Positions 63,903-64,000 of a DNA stretch of 64,000 nt are shown here, piece by piece. A model generated the notes under the pieces. The model searched no databases, had not been told where the DNA came from, and was given only the letters and a program-made list of their open reading frames with translations. The translations under genes were made by a program, and so were the position numbers. Position 1 is the first letter of the stretch; the number at the start of each line of letters is the position of its first letter. Source of the stretch: Octopus vulgaris (taxonomy: Eukaryota); the NCBI GenBank assembly GCA_951406725.2, contig OX597830.1, positions 10,664,001 through 10,728,000 of the forward strand, given 5' to 3'.

Positions 63903-63975
<73 letters not shown>

Positions 63976-64000
63976 GATGCATGTATACACACACACATGC

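Overview
AT-rich, microsatellite-dense animal genomic DNA, intronic or intergenic. The repeat types and (TA)n/(TAA)n/(GAT)n tracts look like an octopus genome, which is my inference from pattern recognition. No complete protein-coding gene is present, and nearly all ORFs in the track are microsatellite or SINE artefacts. The window holds four SINE-like families in dozens of copies (labelled A-D here), non-autonomous Helitrons, Tc1/mariner/pogo remnants and MITEs, 3' fragments of RTE, CR1, R4/Dong and possibly Tx1 LINEs, and one probable exon near the start followed by four K-boxes. The strongest unexplained signal is about nine hammerhead-ribozyme (HHR) motifs. A related set of long foldback elements carries a minimal type I HHR at the hairpin tip: intact at 2.9 and 63.5 kb, decayed at 51 kb, apex missing at 57.7 kb. 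Another HHR has a compensatory G3:C8 core swap (6.8 kb), and two Penelope-like palindromes are linked to HHR motifs (12.4-13.0 kb and 24.2 kb). All structures were paired by eye; no folding program or database search was run, and repeat boundaries are approximate.
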